In this document: in pieces, positions 59,579 to 64,000 of the stretch | Layout: every line of letters begins with the position of its first letter | How positions within the stretch are numbered: position 1 is the first letter of the stretch | Assembly (NCBI GenBank): GCA_963850305.1 | Contig: CAWKKR010000002.1 | Coordinates: 32,001-96,000, forward strand | From: an uncultured delta proteobacterium | GTDB lineage: Bacteria > Myxococcota_A > Polyangia > Polyangiales > Polyangiaceae | Reading direction: 5' to 3' | Length of the DNA: 64,000 nucleotides | Made by a program: the position numbers and the translations under genes | Notes under the pieces: model-generated | What the model saw: only the letters and a program-made list of their open reading frames with translations | Database searches by the model: none | Told to the model about the DNA's origin: nothing

Positions 59579-61007
59579 TCATGCGCTGCCGCGCTTGATG
59601 CCGTACGTGCGGATCTTCTTGTGGAGGTGGGTGCGCTCGATCCCGAGAGTGTCGGCTGCTCGCGGAAATGTTCCAGTCGAGTTCCTTCAGCACTCCGATG
59701 ATGTAGTGGCGCTCGGCGGCATGGCGATATTGCCGGAGCGTCGCGCCGACACCTATGGGCGGAAGGCTGACCGGAATCTGCGACGACGATATGGCGTCTT
59801 CGTCACCATCCACATCCTCGTCGAACGGACTCTCGTGAGGGTCTTCCGGAAGATCCGCCACCGTGATGATGGTCTCGGTCGACAAGATTGCCGCCCGTTC
59901 GACGACGTTCTTGAGCTCGCGCACATTGCCCGGCCAAGTCCGGCCCGTGAGGACCTCGTACACGGCAGGATCGATATGTTTGGCTCGCAGGCCGTTCTCG
60001 CGGCAGAAGGCGCCCGACGAACGCTTCGGCGAGGAGGCGGATGTCGGAGCGACGGTCGCGGAGCGCCGGCACTCGGATCGGAAACACGTCGAGCCGGAAA
60101 AACAGATCCTCGCGGAATGTGCCTCCTGCAACCGCTCTTGCGAGGTCCTTGTTGGTTGCTGCGAGCAGACGCACGTCCACGTTGAACACGTGCTCCGATC
60201 CGACCCTGACGATTTCACCATTTTGCAGTGCGCGAAGCACCTTGGCCTGCGCGGCGAGATCCATGTCGCCAATCTCGTCCAGAAACAGCGTGCCGCCGTG
60301 GGCTTGCTCGAAGATAACCCCGCTTCCGCGCTTGCGCGCCCGTGAAGGAGCCACGTTCGTGGCCGAAGAGCTCGCTTTCGATGAGCTCTCTCGGGATCGC
60401 GGCGCAGTTCACCTTCACGAACGGCGCGTCCTTGCGCGGGCTGAGCTGATGGATCGCGCGGCTGACGAGCTCTTTGCCGGTGCCGCTCTCTCCGGTGATG
60501 AGACAGCTCGCTTTCGTCGGGGCGACCTTGTCGATGCCCTGGAAGAGCGCCTGCATCGGCGGGCTCGTTCCGATCATCTCGTACCGCTGTTCGAGCTCGG
60601 CGCGCATCCGCTCGACGGTTCGGCTCAGGCGCGCCGTTCGGATGCAGTTGTCGACACTGACGAGCACGCGATCGCGGTTCAGTGGCTTCTCGAAGAAGTC
60701 CGTCGCGCCGAGCTTGATGGCCGCGACGGCGTCGTGGACCGTCGCGTGTCCGCTGATCACGATCACCGGCAAATCCCGGGTGACGTCGTCCGCACCGGAT
60801 GTGCTTGAGCGCTTCGAGGCCGTTCATGCCGGGGAGCTTCAGGTCGAGGATGACCAGGTCGACCGGGCGTTTCGGGTTCTTGAGGATCTCGAGCGCGTGT
60901 TCAGCGCTCGGTGCCTGAAGTACACCGTATCCGGCGCCCGAGAGCACCATCTCCAGCGTGACGCGGATGTTTTTCTCGTCGTCGGCGACGAGCACCGTCG
61001 GCGTGAC
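59579..61007 (-). CDS. Sigma54-dependent response regulator (NtrC/NtrX-like), about 4 single-base frameshifts
   Basis: VADDE/LDL receiver, [48 protein letters not shown] spread over several frames; start uncertain. Confidence 0.85.
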
Positions 61008-61044
61008 CGTGTAACAGAGAGTCCGCGTGCAGTCACGGGCCCGT

Positions 61045-61854
61045 TCAGCCGCCCGACCGTGCGGCGGCCGGTTGCGCCAGGTCGAGCGAGGAATCGTCTC
61101 GCCGGCTCCGTGAACGGACTCGTCGGGGTGCTGAGTGAGCACTCGCTCGAACGCCGCCTTCGCTGCCTCCACGTTCTTCATCTTCAAATACGTTTCACCC
61201 ATCAGTACGAGCCCCTCCGGCTCCAGCCCGGAGTCCGCGTAGTTGGTCAGCGCGTACTGACAGCGCGCGATCGCCGCTTCGAAGTCGTCGCGCTCAAATA
61301 GAAGCGCGCGACGTAGAGCTCATGCCGGGCCAGAAGTCCGGTCACGACCTCGAGCATGTAAGCGAGCTCGGCGGCGTGCTTCGAGTTCGGATAATCCCCG
61401 ATGAGCGCGCGGAGCGCGACGTTGGCGTCCCGGACGTTCGAGAGGTCGCGCTCCTCGAGGGGCGGTGAGAGCACGCTCGCTCCCGATTGGACGAACTCGG
61501 ACTTGGCTATCCGGTACCGCGCGTAGCCTACCTCGGGATCGTTCGGGTAATCCTGCACGAAGCCCTTGTATTCACCCACGGCCTCCGCGAACTTTTCTTG
61601 GTGGAAGTCGATGTCTGCGAGGCGAAGCTCCGACAACCGTCCGTAGCGGCTGTAACCGTACTTGCGCTTGACGGCCTGGAACAACTGGGTCGCGTACTCC
61701 CAGTCGTGGTCGAAGAATGCTTGGAGGGCCTGGTCGTACGCCTTCTTCGCATCCTCGGTGTAATGAAGGGGGCTAGCGGGGCCTTGGGCGCCACCGCGCA
61801 GCTCGTGAGCACGAGCGCGGCCGTGGCGAGAACCATCGCGACCTTCCGGACCAT
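61045..61854 (-). CDS. bamD: Outer-membrane protein assembly factor BamD, at least 3 frameshifts
   Basis: LTSC lipobox; TPRs, [29 protein letters not shown]. Confidence 0.82.
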
Positions 61855-62006
61855 TTCGGCCCCAGTGCTACCGGCCCGACCGAGAATCCGCAAGGCGGAA
61901 GGGCGCGCCGCGTCGGAAGAAGTCTGCATGCCAAGGCTCCGGGCTCGCCCGTGCAGGAAAAAGTCCGGCCCGCGCGCGGGAGGGTTTGCTAAGACATGCG
62001 GGGCCG

Positions 62007-62480
62007 ATGCCGGAACGAGTCCCGATGACGCCGCAAGGGGCGCAGAAGCTCAAGGACGAGCTGGCGCGTCTCAAGGAGGAGCGGCCGAAGATCTCCAGGG
62101 AAATCGGCGTCGCGCGGGAGCACGGCGATCTGAGCGAAAACGCCGAATATCATGCCGCGAAAGAGCGGCAGGGGATGGTGGAGGCGCGCATCAAGGATCT
62201 CGAAGACAAGCTGTCGCGCGCCGAGGTCATCGACCCGAGCAGGCTGAGCGGTAGTCGCGTCAGCTTCGGAGCCACCGTGGAGCTGTCCAACTTGGACACG
62301 GACGAGTCGGTGACTTACCAGATCGTCGGCACCGAGGAAGCGAACGTCGCCGCTGGTCTCATCTCGATTTCGGCGCCGCTCGCGCGCGCCCTCATCGGCA
62401 AGCAGGTGGGGGATGAAGTGCGGCTGAAGCTGCCGGCGGGCGATCGGTGCTACGAAATCGTCGGCATTCGCTTCCAGTAG
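62007..62480 (+). CDS. greA: Transcription elongation factor GreA
   Basis: [32 protein letters not shown]. Confidence 0.97.
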   Translation: MPERVPMTPQGAQKLKDELARLKEERPKISREIGVAREHGDLSENAEYHAAKERQGMVEARIKDLEDKLSRAEVIDPSRLSGSRVSFGATVELSNLDTDESVTYQIVGTEEANVAAGLISISAPLARALIGKQVGDEVRLKLPAGDRCYEIVGIRFQ

Positions 62481-62499
62481 TGCCCGCCGGGTTTCCGCC

Positions 62500-64000
62500 A
62501 TGAGGCGGATCGCGGTCGGTCTCCTCGGCGCATTGGTTTGGGTGCTCGCCGAGCTTCTGTTCGTGGCGGCCCGTCATCGGGCGGAGCTCACGTCCGGGTG
62601 GGAACTCGGGATGGGCACATTGTGGCTCGCGCCCTGTGCGCTGTTACTGGCAACCCCCTCAGCGCTCGCGGCAGGATTCATCGCCGTCGCTCTCGAACGA
62701 CCCTCGAACGGTCGCGCCTTCGTCGTGTGTGCTGCCGCCGCCGCCGCCGCCGCCATTGCGGCTCTCGTTACCACTGGCCGGCACTTCGTGGAACTCGGCC
62801 CTCGCGTGGGCGCCGTGTTGCTCGTCGGTGTCAGCGCCGGAATCGCCGCGTGGGCGGCATTCCCATTCGCTTCCGCGGCGGAGCGACTTCGACCAGCGCG
62901 CTTCGCCCGCATCGCAGTGCTCGTGGCTGTCGCTTTCGAGGCGATGAACGAGAATTTGTTGGTGCGACTTTATCCTGCATTCCATGCGGGCCTTGCCGTC
63001 GCCTCCGTCACACTCGCTGCGCTCGCATCGCTCGTGGTCGCGTCACGCTGGCGCCATTCGAGGTGGGCCTGGCCGGCGCCAGCGCTGGCGCTCGTCGTCC
63101 TCATCGCAGCGGTAGGCCTCGCTTCTCCAGCCGCTGCGCGCCTCGCTCGCTTCGACAATTTCAGACTGTTCGTGGCGGAGCATTCCCCGGTGCTTGCCCC
63201 CGCCGTTCGTCTGGCTGCGATGTTGTCGCCCCCCCCGCCGATGGACGAAACTGGTTCGGAGGGTCCAGCGCCAGCCGTCATGAGTGATGGGGGGCCAGGT
63301 CCATCCTTTGCAGGTCGGGATATCCTGCTCGTCACCATCGACGCGCTCCGGGCCGACCACGTCGGCGCCTACGGTTATGATCGGCCGACGACACCGCACA
63401 TCGACGCGCTTGCCCGCGACTCCCTGGTCTTCGAGCGCGCGTACTGCCCGACCCCGCACACGTCGTACTCCCTGACGTCGCTCATGACCGGAAAGTACAT
63501 GCGCCCGCTCTTGCTCGAAGGCACGGGACGGGATTCCGAGACGCTGGCGACATTCCTTCGCACGTACGGATACAGAACCGCCGCCTTCTACCCACCGGCC
63601 GTATTCTTCATCGATCGAAGCCGGTTCACGCCTTTCGAAGCGAGCCATTTCGGATTCGAATACCGAAAGGTCGAGTTTCTCGAGGGAGAGGGGAGGGTAA
63701 AACAGGTCGCGACCTATTTGTCGCGACTCAAGAATGGGCAACGCTTCTTCCTCTGGGTTCATCTGTTCGGTCCGCACGAGCCCTACGAGGCGCACTCCGA
63801 ACACCCCTTCGGAGATCGCGATATCGATCGCTACGACAGCGAGATTGCGGCTGCGGATGACACCGTCGGTGCGATCGTCGGCGAGGTCCGGGGTATTCGC
63901 CCCGGCGCTGTGGTCATCGTCACCGCCGATCACGGCGAGGAGTTCGGCGATCACGGCGGGCGCTACCACGGCACTTCCGTCTACGAAGAGCAGATCCGTG
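62500..64000 (+). CDS. Membrane-anchored sulfatase-like/alkaline phosphatase superfamily protein, 3'-truncated
   Basis: Absent from the ORF track; ATG 62500 stays open to the window end; TM N-terminus, then ILLVTIDALRADH, TPHID, PHTSYS, HEPY, TADHGE. Confidence 0.88.
   Translation, partial: MRRIAVGLLGALVWVLAELLFVAARHRAELTSGWELGMGTLWLAPCALLLATPSALAAGFIAVALERPSNGRAFVVCAAAAAAAAIAALVTTGRHFVELGPRVGAVLLVGVSAGIAAWAAFPFASAAERLRPARFARIAVLVAVAFEAMNENLLVRLYPAFHAGLAVASVTLAALASLVVASRWRHSRWAWPAPALALVVLIAAVGLASPAAARLARFDNFRLFVAEHSPVLAPAVRLAAMLSPPPPMDETGSEGPAPAVMSDGGPGPSFAGRDILLVTIDALRADHVGAYGYDRPTTPHIDALARDSLVFERAYCPTPHTSYSLTSLMTGKYMRPLLLEGTGRDSETLATFLRTYGYRTAAFYPPAVFFIDRSRFTPFEASHFGFEYRKVEFLEGEGRVKQVATYLSRLKNGQRFFLWVHLFGPHEPYEAHSEHPFGDRDIDRYDSEIAAADDTVGAIVGEVRGIRPGAVVIVTADHGEEFGDHGGRYHGTSVYEEQIR

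Noticed and set aside
59565..61202. 545-aa ORF looking like a TPR-receiver fusion
   Set aside because: Chimera of a bamD fragment and pieces of the frameshifted response regulator
62730..62757. (GCC)n microsatellite
   Set aside because: In-frame poly-Ala codons within a TM segment
1..64000. CRISPR arrays, tRNA/rRNA, prophage or integrase
   Set aside because: No regularly spaced repeats, RNA gene signatures or phage genes seen by eye

Overview
High-GC bacterial chromosomal window. The gene content points to Myxococcota, probably Polyangiales-like (inference): Hanks-type kinase with a PEGA-like partner, many Gly/Cys-rich lipoproteins, a MYXO-CTERM-like protease, a TonB-fused TonB-dependent receptor and sigma54 activators. 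About 55 CDS. The left and central part (1-50.6 kb) is mostly accessory and contains oxidoreductases, an orphan CusA/CzcA pump, a persulfide dioxygenase-rhodanese fusion, a di-heme cytochrome, a PHM-like copper monooxygenase lipoprotein, a nucleotidyltransferase TA-like pair, a radical SAM-MMPL-CDP-alcohol transferase-GT-C-like cluster, serB, opgD, Rrf2-MFS, and three coupled LuxR-HTH genes followed by a GAF-sigma54 activator. That activator is split by a complete 1640-bp IS with a 9-bp target duplication. The right part is a housekeeping block (nagZ, glmM, folC, ATPase-TPR, dut, yceI, NtrC/NtrX-like regulator, bamD, greA, sulfatase-like). Single-base indels in bamD, the NtrX-like gene and cusA look like sequencing or consensus errors. 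No tRNA, rRNA or CRISPR array was seen. All calls come from motif reading by eye, without database searches.
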